From contig CAVVPN010000012.1 in assembly GCA_963750165.1 (NCBI GenBank), positions 256,001-320,000 of the forward strand: 64,000 bases of DNA. Direction: 5' to 3'. The notes below the pieces were generated by a model, which was not told the DNA's origin, searched no databases, and saw only the letters and a program-made list of their open reading frames with translations. This document shows positions 22,517 to 33,501 of this stretch, in pieces. The translations under genes were made by a program, and so were the position numbers. Within the stretch, counting starts at the first letter, position 1. Each line of letters begins with the position of its first letter. Source of the DNA: an uncultured Gemmataceae bacterium. GTDB lineage: Bacteria > Planctomycetota > Planctomycetia > Gemmatales > Gemmataceae.

Positions 22517-22803
22517 GTGCCGCTACGCTCCGCGAAGTCACTTCCTTTTTCTCAACATAAATAATTGTAGCAGGCGACTGCCTTGCTACCCAGGTCAGTT
22601 CAGCAACATCTGCAACGTCGCAAACATTTGTTATCATGCCAGTTAAAAAAAGGATAATCGACAGGTTGTGATTTTTTGTTCAGTAACCAGATGGGCGCAG
22701 GACAGCCTCGGCCGCGACCAAAAACGCTGGGAGTCGCTTCTTTCATCGGTCAGCGTCAGCGGGTACAATGAGGCAAATTTCACCCAACCCGGGAGGCAGC
22801 ATC

Positions 22804-23913
22804 ATGAGCAGGCGGCACGTCCAGCAGGGCGCGGTGTGGCTCGTCGGCCTGGCCCTGGCTTGCGCCGGGCCATCGGCGGCGGCCCAGGAGAAAAACCGAA
22901 CACAGCAGTTCATCGACCTCAGCAGAGCCTTTCAGCTGTCGCGGCCGGCTTCGGGCCTGCCCGCCGACCAGGTGAAAATGGCCCAGGAGCAGCTGGCCGG
23001 GCTGATCGCGAAGTTCATTGATGCGGAACCGGCCGACAACCTGTCGTACCAGGCGCTCGGCATGTTGTGCGGCCTGCAGCACGGCGAGGTGCAAGCACGA
23101 ACGGTGCAGCATGTGCTGAAGCACCACCTCAAGAACCCCAACCTCCCGAGCCTCATTGTCGGCCAGTGGACCACGCCGACGCCGACGCGCTCGGCGCTGC
23201 TGAAGCAGCTAGCGACGGCCCCGGACCTGCCGGAGCAGGACCGCGGGTTCGCTTGCCTGATGCTGGCACGCGACACCTACCAGCTGGCGGGCGAAACCGG
23301 CGACCGCGACCTGGCCCGCCACGCCCAGCGCTACGCCGACCAGTACGAGAAACTGGCGGCCAACCGACCCTTTCCCAACAACCTGGTGAACCCCATCAGC
23401 GTGGCGCCGGTGCTGGACGCCATCCGCAAGTTCAACATCGGTCAACCGGCGCCCAAAACAGAAACCCAGACCGTGATGAACAACGCCTTCAAGATGGAGA
23501 ACCTGCGCGGCAAGGTCGTGCTGGTCTACTTCTACACCGGGCCCAGCACCCAGTACACCAAGGTGCGGGCCTACCTGGAACCGCACCTGGCACGTCTGAA
23601 GGGCCGGCCGGTGGCGCTGGTGATGGTCGCCAGCACTAGCCCGGCACTGCTGGCCAGGAAGGTCCAGATGGACGCGGCGCCACCGGCGGCGGTGCTGTCG
23701 TCAATCAACAAGAAAGGCGGCCTCAACAACCAGCCGCTCCAGAAGGAATGGGGCGCTTACAGCTTTCCAACGGCCGTGCTCGTGGACGCCCAGGGGGCGG
23801 TGCGTTTCCGCTTCACCGTGCCGCCCGGCACGCCGTTCACGCAGGAGCCGGCGTTCCTCCAGCGGTTGGACGCGGCGCTTGACCGGCTGGTCGGCGAGGT
23901 GGTGCAGAAGTGA
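22804..23913 (+). CDS. Secreted protein with C-terminal TlpA/thioredoxin-like fold
   Basis: Signal peptide; IGQPAP...LRGKVVLVYFY...WGAYSFPTAVLVDAQGAVRF; no CxxC. Confidence 0.65.
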   Translation: MSRRHVQQGAVWLVGLALACAGPSAAAQEKNRTQQFIDLSRAFQLSRPASGLPADQVKMAQEQLAGLIAKFIDAEPADNLSYQALGMLCGLQHGEVQARTVQHVLKHHLKNPNLPSLIVGQWTTPTPTRSALLKQLATAPDLPEQDRGFACLMLARDTYQLAGETGDRDLARHAQRYADQYEKLAANRPFPNNLVNPISVAPVLDAIRKFNIGQPAPKTETQTVMNNAFKMENLRGKVVLVYFYTGPSTQYTKVRAYLEPHLARLKGRPVALVMVASTSPALLARKVQMDAAPPAAVLSSINKKGGLNNQPLQKEWGAYSFPTAVLVDAQGAVRFRFTVPPGTPFTQEPAFLQRLDAALDRLVGEVVQK

Positions 23914-23997
23914 GCAGATAACTTACGTCCGGAGCAGCTGGCGGTGGGTGTGTCGGTGCCAGTGGTTGCCGGGTTGGGACGTGGGAGGCGCGCCATG

Positions 23998-24942
23998 TCA
24001 CGGCTTCTTCGCCGGTGCCGGTGCCGCGTCGGGGTTGGGGGCGTTGGCGTTCAGCGCCTCCGGGTTGGGGTAAGCGCGGCGGATGTTGTCGAGCGTCTGC
24101 TGGAAGTTGCCGGGGACTGGCTCGAACGCCGTCAACTTCCAGATCGCCATCAGATCGCGGCCGCGGGCGGTCTGGTTGGCGTTAATCATGCCGTCGCGGA
24201 ACGTCCTGAGCGTGGCCGCGTCCAGGGCTCCCTGCCGGTAGACGATCACCGCTGCCGGGAACACCTCCGACTTGTTGAGCACCTTTAGCCGGGCATAGCA
24301 GCCGGGCTTGACCTGCTCGTAGCACTCCAGCGCCACGCTATCGACCACGGCCGCCTGCACCTTGCCGCGGAGCACGTCGTCCAGGGCGTCCTCCACGTTG
24401 GCGTGCTGGACGATCTTGCTGAAGAACGTCGCGGGGCTGCCGCCGGCGGCGCTGGCCAGGCGGTTCAGGAACAGGTGGCAGTGCTCACGGCTGCGGCGCG
24501 GCAGCGACAGCTTCTGGCCCTTGAGGTCCGCGAAGCCGGCGGCGGTGCTGTCCTCGCGCACCACCACGTTCGCATACAACTCACGCTGGCGGTTGACGGC
24601 GACCATCAGCGGCCGCAGTTCGGGATACTTCACCTGCGCCCAGGCGAACTCGATGCCGTGGAAGACGCCCAGTTGCACCTGATTCTGGTCGAGTTGCTTG
24701 CCGAGGGCCAGGGCGTCGCCGCCCACGACCAGGGTGCCACGCAAACCGGTCTGGTCGCGCATCAGTGTCTTGAAGGGCTGCTTGGCCATTTCCACCAGCG
24801 GCGCCGGCACGTCGCGAAACAGGCTCGTGACCAGGCCGATGCGCATGGCCGTCTCTGCCCGGTCGTCTGCGGCGACCGCCCAGGGCAGCAGTAGGGCGGT
24901 CCACCCGACCACGGCCAGAGGCCAACATCTGTGTGCGGTCAT
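23998..24942 (-). CDS. PhnD/SsuA-like phosphate/phosphonate-type substrate-binding protein
   Basis: Signal peptide; VVREDS..FADLKGQKL; ALDDVLRGKVQAAVVD. Confidence 0.75.
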   Translation of the reverse strand: MTAHRCWPLAVVGWTALLLPWAVAADDRAETAMRIGLVTSLFRDVPAPLVEMAKQPFKTLMRDQTGLRGTLVVGGDALALGKQLDQNQVQLGVFHGIEFAWAQVKYPELRPLMVAVNRQRELYANVVVREDSTAAGFADLKGQKLSLPRRSREHCHLFLNRLASAAGGSPATFFSKIVQHANVEDALDDVLRGKVQAAVVDSVALECYEQVKPGCYARLKVLNKSEVFPAAVIVYRQGALDAATLRTFRDGMINANQTARGRDLMAIWKLTAFEPVPGNFQQTLDNIRRAYPNPEALNANAPNPDAAPAPAKKP

Positions 24943-25080
24943 GCGATCCTCGGCTGTTCCGTGAAGGGCGGCCGCCTGCGACGGTCCCCAGGGTCTCCAG
25001 GTTGCCTCAACCGGCGCCGGCCGGGAAGGAATCAGCTGCGACCTCGGGGTGCGACACCAGAGCGAGGTCGGCCAAAAATG

Positions 25081-26415
25081 TCAAGGCGGAGTTGCGGTCC
25101 CGACGGCCGGCTGGCGAAAGGCCGGCACCAGGCCGCCCGCGGTGATGCGTTCCAAAGCGGTGATCGCCAGGGCGTGCTGATAAAGTGCCTCGTTGTACTG
25201 GGCCTGCACCTGGTCCTGCATCGTCTCGGCCCGCAGCAGATCCTCGGAGGTCGCCTTGCTGTTGTCGAAGCGGGCGCGCACCGATTTGGCGACCGCCAGC
25301 GCCTTGGGCCGCGCCTGCTCCAGCACGCGCACCTTGCGGTAGGCGTCCTGCCACTTCAGGAAGGCGTCCTCGGTTTCCAGGGTGATCAGGTTGCGCGTCT
25401 TGTCCACCACGGCGGCGGCGCGGCCGCTCAGGTCGCGGGCGCGCTCGACGCGGTCGGGGCGGCGGCCGGCCAGCTGCGGCGGCATCTCGACGCCGATGGC
25501 CCCGGGCCGGTACACGCTATTGCTGACGCCCTGCGGAATCTCGCGCGCGTGGATATCCGAGCCCGACGCGAAGGTGCGCATGGTCAGCCCCATGCCGGTG
25601 CCCTGGGCCTGCACCTCCAGGTCGAAGATCTGCGCCGCGCTGCCAGCCTGCACCAGTTCGCCGCGACGGGCGCACGCCAGCGCGATCAACTGCCGGCGGT
25701 CGAGTAACTGGCCCAGGGGCGGCAGCGGCTGTTGCACCACAATCAACGGACAGTCCGCGTCCAGGCCCATCGCCTCCCGCAGCGCCGCCAGCGCTCGCTC
25801 CGCTCCGACCTCGGCCTCGATGACGCGCAGTTCGTACAGGTCGATGGTGACAATCAGCTTGTCCACGTCAATCTGGGTGATGGGGGAATCGGGGTCGCCC
25901 TTCTTGACGGCGGCGCGGGCGGTGTCGCGGGCGGACTTCAGGCGGTCTACCAGGCCGCGAGCCAGCGACTCCTGCTGGCGAGCGTAGACGTAGCTGAAGT
26001 AGTTCCGCGTCACGGCGTAGACGGTCTCGTATTCGTGCTGCGTCAGCCCAGCCTGGGCGATGGTAACGCCGAGGGCCGCTTGCTGGCGACGGTAGGGCAG
26101 TTCACGGCTGATGAGTCCGGCGAGGCAGAGTTTGTCCAGGGCCTGGCGCTGCGTTTCGGCGGCGGCGGCGCTGGCGCGCGACGCGGCCAGGGTCGGCTGC
26201 CGTTCCAGGCCCACGCGCACACAGTCAGCCAGCGTGTAGACCGGGGCAGGCGCGACGGTCAGCGGCGCCACCTGGGCGGGCGGCGGCGTTCCGGGAAGCT
26301 GGGCGGGCACCTGGGCGACGGCGGGGGCGGCGCCCAGGCAGGTCAGCAGCGCCGCCGTCAGGCGCAGCGGCACCTTGCGGAACCCGGGCTTGCCGGAGGA
26401 GTGCTGTGGGGCCAT
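25081..26415 (-). CDS. TolC-family outer membrane efflux protein
   Basis: Signal peptide, YTLADCVRVGLERQP, two helical OEP-like repeats, LERITAG end. Confidence 0.8.
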   Translation of the reverse strand: MAPQHSSGKPGFRKVPLRLTAALLTCLGAAPAVAQVPAQLPGTPPPAQVAPLTVAPAPVYTLADCVRVGLERQPTLAASRASAAAAETQRQALDKLCLAGLISRELPYRRQQAALGVTIAQAGLTQHEYETVYAVTRNYFSYVYARQQESLARGLVDRLKSARDTARAAVKKGDPDSPITQIDVDKLIVTIDLYELRVIEAEVGAERALAALREAMGLDADCPLIVVQQPLPPLGQLLDRRQLIALACARRGELVQAGSAAQIFDLEVQAQGTGMGLTMRTFASGSDIHAREIPQGVSNSVYRPGAIGVEMPPQLAGRRPDRVERARDLSGRAAAVVDKTRNLITLETEDAFLKWQDAYRKVRVLEQARPKALAVAKSVRARFDNSKATSEDLLRAETMQDQVQAQYNEALYQHALAITALERITAGGLVPAFRQPAVGTATPP

Positions 26416-26582
26416 GAATCGTGCGTCCTTCAGTTCAGCGGGTAGTCGATCAGTGCATCCACTCCTTCATCGACCGCGGCCGCCGTGGGGCTGCACGTTC
26501 AGTCCGGGACGCCGGAAGATTGGCCGTCGGCGTCTGCGCGGCGTAACGATAACAACGATCCACCGACCCCGGAGCACGTGTC

Positions 26583-28120
26583 ATGCAACTCGAATTCACC
26601 CCCGCCGCCAGCCGCGCCCTGGAGGCCGCCCAGGCGTTCGCGGCCCTGGCCAACGCGGTCGAGGTCCAGGCCGAGCACCTGCTGCAGGCGCTGGTGCGCG
26701 ACGATGAGGAGCAGCCCGCCGTGCTGCTGATGCGCGCTGGCCTCGACCTGGAGCGCTACCGCCGGCCGCTCGACACCGCGCCGCCGACAGCGGTGCCGCT
26801 GCCGCACGGGACCGCCGTGCGCCTCATCCTGGGCGAAGCGCGGCGGCTGTCGCGCGAACTGTCGGCGGAGGGCACCGTCACCAGCGATCAGGTGCTGCTG
26901 GCCCTGCTGCGTCAAGCTCGCAGCCTGCGCGAGCGGCTGACCGAGCTGGGGCTGCGCTGGGAGGCGCTGGTGGTGGCCGTGCAGGGCGAAGCGGGGCCGC
27001 CGCTCCAACTCGACGAGCCGCTCGACCTGCGGCCGGCAGCGGAACAGCTGGACACGGCCCGCATCCTGGACGCCGCCGCCAACCGGGCGCGCGAGGCCCT
27101 GCGCGTTGTGGAGGACTACTGCCGATTCGTGCTCAACGACGCCGTGCTCAGCGGCGAATTGAAAACGCTGCGGCACCAGCTGGCGGCCCTGCTGGCCGAG
27201 TTGCCGCCCGCGCAACTGCTGGAAGCGCGCGACACGCTGGGCGACGTGGGCACCGGCATCTCCACACCGCAGGAGCAGGAGCGGGCATCGCTGACCGACG
27301 TGGTGCGGGCAAACCTGAAACGGCTGCAGGAAGCGCTGCGCAGCCTGGAGGAGTTCGGTAAGTTGCACAGCCCCGAACTGGGGCAGGGGCTGGAGCAGTT
27401 GCGCTACCGCTCCTACACGCTGGAGCGGGCGCTGCTGCTCGGTGCGGAGGCGCGGGCGCGGTTGCAGGACGCCCGGTTGTACGTGCTGGTGACGGGGGCG
27501 CTGTGTACGCTGGGGCTGCGGCAAACGGTCCAGGCGGCAGTGGACGGCGGCGCCGACATCATTCAGTTGCGCGAAAAGCACCTCAGCGACCGGGCGTTGC
27601 TGGAGCGGGCCTACGAGGTGCGGCAGTGGACGCGGCAGGCAGGCGTGCTGTTCATCGTGAACGACCGGCCGGACATTGCCCGGCTGGTCGAGGCGGACGG
27701 CGTGCATCTGGGACAGGACGAGTTACCGGTGCGGGAAGCGCGGCGCATCCTCGGGCCGGGGCGCTGGTCGGCGTCAGCACGCACAACCCGGAGCAGGTGC
27801 GGCAGGCGGTGCTGGAGGGGGCGAGCTACCTCGGCGTGGGGCCGACGTTTCCGTCCGGCACCAAGGAGTTCGCCGACTTCGCGGGGCTGGAGTTCGTGCG
27901 TCAGGCGGTGGCGGAGACGACGCTGCCGGCGTTCGTGGTCGGCGGCGTTCACCTGGGCAACGTCGGCGCGGTGCTGGCGGCCGGCGGGCAGCGCGTGGCG
28001 GTGTGCCAGGCGGTGTGCCGCAGCGACGCGCCCGAGGCGGTGGCGGCGGAGCTGAAGGCGCAGCTGTGCCAGAACGACCAGGACACCTGGCAAGCCGGGG
28101 CACCGGGCGGCAACGGCTGA
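26583..28120 (+). CDS. thiE: Thiamine-phosphate synthase with N-terminal Clp-N and ThiD2-like extensions (frameshift near 27760)
   Basis: RILDAAANRAREALRVVED; IQLREK, FIVNDRPDIA, GVHLGQDE; the shifted frame continues VGVSTH, YLGVGPTFPSGTK. Confidence 0.9.
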
Positions 28121-28310
28121 CAGAGCAAGGGGGCCAAGGGGGCCAAGGGGGCCAACTTTTTCACACGTCGAGATTCGGCCCCCTGGGGAAACGGTAGGGG
28201 AATGGTACTTTTTTGGGCAAATCGTGTCCTCATTTTGGGCGCCTTTGCGATTTCAGGGTAAGGAACGCCCCGATTTACCACGCCGCCCCTCCGGTTGAAA
28301 GGAATGGCCC

Positions 28311-31300
28311 ATGCTCAAACAAGACGAAGGCTCCCTGATCGGCGCCTGGCCCGCCCTTGCCTCCTTGATCGTGGTCGTGGTCGGGTTGATCGCTTCCCAC
28401 CAGGCCCTGGTGAGCCCGCGGCCGCCGACCGACGGCAGCGACAACATCTCGGGAGCACAAGGTGAAAGTGTGCCGGCCCGCCTCTGGCAGGATCCCCTGG
28501 GAACCGTCCTGCGCGACGCCAGGCCCAGCAACGGAATCAAAACCCTCATTCAGGCCAGGCCCCAGGGCTGCGACTGCGACAAGAAAGTGCTGTTTCTGTT
28601 GAACCTCATTAGCGCGGACGGCGATCTCGACGCCGCAGAGGCACGCCGCCGGGAACGCTACGACATCTTTTCCGCCCTCAACACCGCCGGCTACGTGCCG
28701 ACCGAACCCAATCGCCTTCGTTACATGCACTGGTCAGCGTGTTCCGTCGCGACGGGCATCACGAACGGCGAACCGGACGCAGGCCGGCAAAAGGGCGTTC
28801 CCATCCCCTACGAATGGGTGAAGCCGTGCCACGACGCCAAACTCAACCAACACTACCAGTCGGTTTGCGTCCTCTGGGTCAGTCCATCGACGGACGGCAC
28901 ACCCCAGTTCAGTTACCTCAAAAAACTGGCGAACGCCTTGCAAATGGAGTTGACCAATGGCAAGAGCCATAAGGACCATCCGGTCTGTGAGGTTGCCGTC
29001 AACGGCCAGATCAGTTCCGAGCAACTGGATGCCTTGCTCCAGGAAGAATGCCCCCCGATCGGCCCCGCCATGACCCTGTACGTCACCTGTGCGACGGCCA
29101 ACAAGGTCCGGGATAATTCAGTCAAAGTTCGGGGGCTGAAGGTCGAGTACATCATCGACACGGACAGTCGGCTGGGGGAGAAGTTGCAGGAGGAACTGGG
29201 GTATCGAGGCATTTACCTGGGATCGACAGCGACGCCGGTCGCCATCGTCGCGGAATGGGACACCGAGTACGGCAGGTACATGCACAAATGGCTCTTCGGG
29301 GAAGAAACCAGCAAGAAGCTGAAACAATACTCCTACCTGCGCGGGCTGGACGGTAAGACGCAAGAGCGAGCTGGGAAAAGCAAGGCTGGTGCCGCCGCCG
29401 AGCCCGACAGCGCGGCGAACAACGGGCTCAAACCGGCCTCCGACAAGCCCACCGCGAAACTGGGTGTGGGGCAACAGCAGTTCGACTACCTCCTCCGGCT
29501 GGCGGAGCGGATGAAGCTGGAACAGCGCGAATTGGGAGGCCGGTTCCATGCCATCGGCATCCTCGGCAACGACGTGTACGACAAAATCCTGCTTCTGCAA
29601 GCGCTCCGCCCGCACTTTCCGGATGCCGTCTTCTTCACCACCGACCTGGACGCCCGGCTCATCCAGCCGGGGGATTACGCGACCACCCGCAACCTGTTGA
29701 TCGCTTCCCATTACGGCCTGTCCTTGAATGCGGATTTGCAGGCACAGTCGCCGCCGTTCCGCAGCAGTTACGACACCGCCAGTTACCTCGGCTGTCTGCG
29801 CGCGGTTCAGTATTCGGAGTTACAACCGTTGGTGAAACTGCTGAGCCCCGACGAGCAAAAACGGCTCTTTGGGAAACCCAGCAATGGCAGCTTGCTTGTC
29901 CCGAAGGATAAAACCGGCATGCCGATCTACCTTTACGAGGTGGGCCGCCACGGCGCGTACGAACTGAGCCTCCGAGAGAAGGACGACATCGGGCCGAAGA
30001 ACCCCCGCAACGAACCCTGGGTCACCCTGCACCACCGACCGTGGTTGCTGGCGGGCATGTTTCTGGCGATTGGCATTTTTTTGATGTGCGTTTCCCGGCC
30101 CTGGCGCGAGTTCATCTTGTGGCCCTGGCGCAAATACGTGGCGGCGCGGCGGAAGCGATTCCAGTGGGCCGAGGAACCTGCGGCGAAACCGGACGACGCC
30201 GAGGAGGATGACGAGAATTTTCCGCACATTCCAGTCAAGGTGTGGGTCGGAGTGGTCCTGTTCCTGCTGGCGTTGGGGCTCATCATGCTCCACGCGCACA
30301 CGACCGAACACGAGGAGCCGTTCGAGTGGTTTGAGGGTCTGAGCGTCTGGCCCACGGTGCTCTTCCGCCTGCTGGCGGTCGGCCTTTGCCTCTACTACCT
30401 GCACGACATCCTGAGGTCGATCGACAAGCGGAACCATGACGTTTGGAAGGCGTTCCCGTGCCTCGACCCCCAGCACGCTCACTCCCTGACGCCCCGGACG
30501 GCGGAGGAGGCGAAGACCGTTAGCGAACTGTATCTGCATTTCTTACAGCGCGGGTCGCGCGGGCGGCGCTTGTGGCGCACCGCCGGGTTCGCCGCTCTCA
30601 CCCTGGGGCTGTTCCTGTTGTTCTGGTTGGCCTTTGAACCCAGCGTCATGCAGGCCCGGGGCCTGATCGCGCGGTGCGCGTATTTCCTGGTCCTGGGCGC
30701 GACGCTCGGCGCCTCGGCCACGCTGTTCATGTTCGTCGTGGACGCCACGCTGCTGTCGTATCGGCTCGTGGTCGCCCTGGCGCGGATGACCTCCAGGCAA
30801 TGGCCCGAGGATCAGCTCGAGCATGAGGCGAAACGACGGGGCCTGCAGCGCTCCGACAAAACGGATGAGGCGGTCGGCAAGTGGCTGTCGGTCAGCCTGA
30901 TCAAGTCGTTCACGTTTCTGATCGCCGGGCAGTTAATCTACTGTCCGTTTGTGGTCCTTCTGGTGCTCGTCGTGGCTCAGAACCGCATTTTCGACAACTG
31001 GAATCTGAATCCGGTCCTGTTTCTGACGGTGCTCGTCTACGCCGTGGCCATTGTCTCGTGCGCGCTGATGCTGCAACAGGCGGCGCAGCGCGTCCGCAAA
31101 CGGGCGCTGGACGCGCTGGACGAGATTCTGGAAGATCGATCCGATCCTGTGGTGAACACCGGGCGGGAGAAACTCGAACGGATTCGATCGGACATCGACG
31201 GCGTGAAAAATGGCGCGTTCGCTGGCCTTTACGACAACCCGCTGGTCCGGGCCGTCCTGGTGCCCCTGGTCGGTGGCGGCGGCCTGGCCGCACTGGAAGC

Positions 31301-31331
31301 CCTGCTCACCCTGCTTGCGCGCCGTTCGTGA
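28311..31331 (+). CDS. Large hypothetical membrane protein (extracytoplasmic domain + multi-TM C-terminus)
   Basis: 1006-aa ORF; ARLWQDP, YSYLRGLDG, IGILGNDVYDK..LLQALR..FP.AVFFTTDLDARL; about 8 C-terminal TM segments. Confidence 0.8.
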   Translation: MLKQDEGSLIGAWPALASLIVVVVGLIASHQALVSPRPPTDGSDNISGAQGESVPARLWQDPLGTVLRDARPSNGIKTLIQARPQGCDCDKKVLFLLNLISADGDLDAAEARRRERYDIFSALNTAGYVPTEPNRLRYMHWSACSVATGITNGEPDAGRQKGVPIPYEWVKPCHDAKLNQHYQSVCVLWVSPSTDGTPQFSYLKKLANALQMELTNGKSHKDHPVCEVAVNGQISSEQLDALLQEECPPIGPAMTLYVTCATANKVRDNSVKVRGLKVEYIIDTDSRLGEKLQEELGYRGIYLGSTATPVAIVAEWDTEYGRYMHKWLFGEETSKKLKQYSYLRGLDGKTQERAGKSKAGAAAEPDSAANNGLKPASDKPTAKLGVGQQQFDYLLRLAERMKLEQRELGGRFHAIGILGNDVYDKILLLQALRPHFPDAVFFTTDLDARLIQPGDYATTRNLLIASHYGLSLNADLQAQSPPFRSSYDTASYLGCLRAVQYSELQPLVKLLSPDEQKRLFGKPSNGSLLVPKDKTGMPIYLYEVGRHGAYELSLREKDDIGPKNPRNEPWVTLHHRPWLLAGMFLAIGIFLMCVSRPWREFILWPWRKYVAARRKRFQWAEEPAAKPDDAEEDDENFPHIPVKVWVGVVLFLLALGLIMLHAHTTEHEEPFEWFEGLSVWPTVLFRLLAVGLCLYYLHDILRSIDKRNHDVWKAFPCLDPQHAHSLTPRTAEEAKTVSELYLHFLQRGSRGRRLWRTAGFAALTLGLFLLFWLAFEPSVMQARGLIARCAYFLVLGATLGASATLFMFVVDATLLSYRLVVALARMTSRQWPEDQLEHEAKRRGLQRSDKTDEAVGKWLSVSLIKSFTFLIAGQLIYCPFVVLLVLVVAQNRIFDNWNLNPVLFLTVLVYAVAIVSCALMLQQAAQRVRKRALDALDEILEDRSDPVVNTGREKLERIRSDIDGVKNGAFAGLYDNPLVRAVLVPLVGGGGLAALEALLTLLARRS

Positions 31332-31343
31332 GCGCCGGCGGCG

Positions 31344-32282
31344 TCAATCCACGCTGCTCAGGTCCGCCGGCTGGCCATCGTTCCGACTGCACAGGCGCTG
31401 CCAGGCGATGGGGCTGATGTCGTAATTGATCGCGTGCACGGAGCCGTCACAGAACACCACCGTGCAGGTGCGGTGAATGGAACCGAACGTCCAACCGCAG
31501 TCGTCGATGCCATTGAAGCCGAAGCGAAAGGGCGGCACCGCCGGACCGGCAGCGTCGTTCCTGCCGTTGGCGTAACCGATGGTGTCGTTGTCCCAGCCGT
31601 CCACGAAGCCCTGGTCGTCGTTGCAGGCCGGTGCGGTGCCGGCGATGGCGCTGCCGTTGAGGTACTTTTCGCCCACCAGCAGCGTGTTCGTGGTGCCGTC
31701 GCGGATGTCCGTGAGCCGCACCCGCTGACCGCTCGCCGCCGTGGACGGCACCAGGGGGCCGTCCAGGCTGTTCAGCGGCGGGGTCAACGTCCACCAGACG
31801 CCGTAAGTGCCGCCGTTGCCGATGTAGTCGATCTGGGCCCGCGGTGAACCGTCGGCGCCCACCTGGCTGTACGCAAACCGCGTGGGACCGCGAACCGACG
31901 GGCAAAAGTACAGCGCGATGGCGGTGCCGGCCACCAGGTCGTCGTTGAGGTTGGCCCAGAGGATTTCCTGATCGATGAAGGGCAACAGCTGGTAGCCCCA
32001 GCCCCAGGTTTGCGTCTGGTAACCGGAGGGCCTGCCGTTGTCCAGGACGCGCAGGGTGTCGTAGTAATACGTACCCGCGGACGGGTAGACCTTGAACACG
32101 TCATGGTGGGCGCTGAACGCCAGGCCGATCTGCTTGAGATTGTTGCGGCAGACGGTGACGTTGGCGGCCTCGCGGACTTTTTGCACGGCGGGGAGGAGCA
32201 GGCCGATGAGGACGGCGATGATGGCGATCACCACCAGCAACTCGATCAGCGTGAAGCCGGCTCTGCGGTGGGTGTGGGTCAT
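31344..32282 (-). CDS. DUF1559 prepilin-type N-terminal cleavage/methylation protein
   Basis: [57 protein letters not shown]...FCDGSVH. Confidence 0.95.
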   Translation of the reverse strand: MTHTHRRAGFTLIELLVVIAIIAVLIGLLLPAVQKVREAANVTVCRNNLKQIGLAFSAHHDVFKVYPSAGTYYYDTLRVLDNGRPSGYQTQTWGWGYQLLPFIDQEILWANLNDDLVAGTAIALYFCPSVRGPTRFAYSQVGADGSPRAQIDYIGNGGTYGVWWTLTPPLNSLDGPLVPSTAASGQRVRLTDIRDGTTNTLLVGEKYLNGSAIAGTAPACNDDQGFVDGWDNDTIGYANGRNDAAGPAVPPFRFGFNGIDDCGWTFGSIHRTCTVVFCDGSVHAINYDISPIAWQRLCSRNDGQPADLSSVD

Positions 32283-32317
32283 GGCGGTGCCACCTCTTAC
32301 TGCTGACCGCAGGCCAA

Positions 32318-32791
32318 TCAGCCAGGGGAGCCAGACTCCAGGAAATGGATCATACGCCAGACGCGATCGATTTCCCCCCGCTCAATGACCTGAAGTGGCT
32401 GCGAGCCACCAAAGGCCTTGTTTGGGGTTTTGAGCCAGGTCGCAAGCTGCTCGGGAGATGCGAACGACTGACGGAGTTTGGCGTACAGTCGGCCGATCTC
32501 GACGATGGTGCGCAGTGAGGACTCTTTGAGGTCTGCGCCTGCCTCCCAGGTGGCCACGGAGCGCTCCGATAACCCGACCAGGCGTGCGAAGTCTGCTCGG
32601 TTCAGTCCCATCTCGTGCCTGATCAAGAAAAATGTCCGCGTCCCCTTTTTCTTCCCGGCGTGCGACTCCATCCCCACGAGCTTCCCCCGCCACATCCTCG
32701 TTGCAATGCGCGTATCCTGTACATGCACCTGATCACTGACGACCAGCTTCCCCACCTTTCTGCACCACGCAGAGTACCCAAAGCTCTCCAT
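32318..32791 (-). CDS. Xre/MbcA/ParS-type antitoxin (HTH + DUF2384-like); start uncertain
   Basis: [48 protein letters not shown]-terminal motif. Confidence 0.75.
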   Translation of the reverse strand: MESFGYSAWCRKVGKLVVSDQVHVQDTRIATRMWRGKLVGMESHAGKKKGTRTFFLIRHEMGLNRADFARLVGLSERSVATWEAGADLKESSLRTIVEIGRLYAKLRQSFASPEQLATWLKTPNKAFGGSQPLQVIERGEIDRVWRMIHFLESGSPG

Positions 32792-32796
32792 GTAAA

Positions 32797-33222
32797 TCAG
32801 CCCATCCCCCTGACAAAGAACAAGACCCGAGGATAAACGAACAAGCAGGGCTGGGAACTGATCGGTTCAGAGGACACACGCGATGGGTCGTAGACCACGA
32901 GCGCGTTATCGCTCTCCAGGGCTATCGCAAGACCGTTCTCCCGATCCTCCACGGACAGCAACTCGCCCACGCTGCTCGCGCGAAACCCCAAGTCGTCCGT
33001 CAACCACACCCGCTCAACGACTGGCCCCGGTCCAGCCGGCAAGTCGGGATAAAAGTACCCTCCGATCATCTGCATGCTGAAGATGCCGGCGAACCGAACG
33101 GGCTCTCGCGGTTCACCACCAAAGGTCTGGCGGAGGTACTCGACAAACGCTGGGGTCCGGTGGATTGCCCATACCTGAGCCAGTTGACAAGCGACACTCT
33201 CGCAAACGCGTTGGTGATCCAT
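32797..33222 (-). CDS. Hypothetical protein
   Basis: Open frame from MDHQRVCE; no recognisable motif. Confidence 0.4.
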   Translation of the reverse strand: MDHQRVCESVACQLAQVWAIHRTPAFVEYLRQTFGGEPREPVRFAGIFSMQMIGGYFYPDLPAGPGPVVERVWLTDDLGFRASSVGELLSVEDRENGLAIALESDNALVVYDPSRVSSEPISSQPCLFVYPRVLFFVRGMG

Positions 33223-33316
33223 TCCGGCTCTCCTTGCAACACGCGATCGCAGGGTGTCCCTCGCCGAACGTGAATTAGAGCGCGCCGCGCGCCCTAACAA
33301 GGTTGGGTTTTCAGGT

Positions 33317-33369
33317 TTTACGCTCAGCGGCGGGCGCTGACAAAGCGCAGCGCCCGCCGCTGAGCGTAA
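33317..33369. repeat. REP-like palindrome
   Basis: ttacgctcagcggcgggcgctg ... cagcgcccgccgctgagcgtaa. Confidence 0.8.
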
Positions 33370-33501
33370 CTTCGCGGTTGCCGGATTGCAAGTGACGCGC
33401 GCCGGAATCCGCAAAAGCCACCCCGAGAGTCTTTAGAGCCGGCCCGAGGAGCCCCTGCGCTCGGAGGGAAGTGCAGCCGAACATCGACGGACGCGACGGC
33501 C

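Noticed and set aside
22804..23913. Active thiol-disulfide oxidoreductase
   Set aside because: The CxxC position reads FYTGPST, so redox activity is not supported.
28124..28179. CRISPR or TIGR-like array
   Set aside because: Only 2-3 nonamer units with no unique spacers and no cas or Nop-domain gene nearby.
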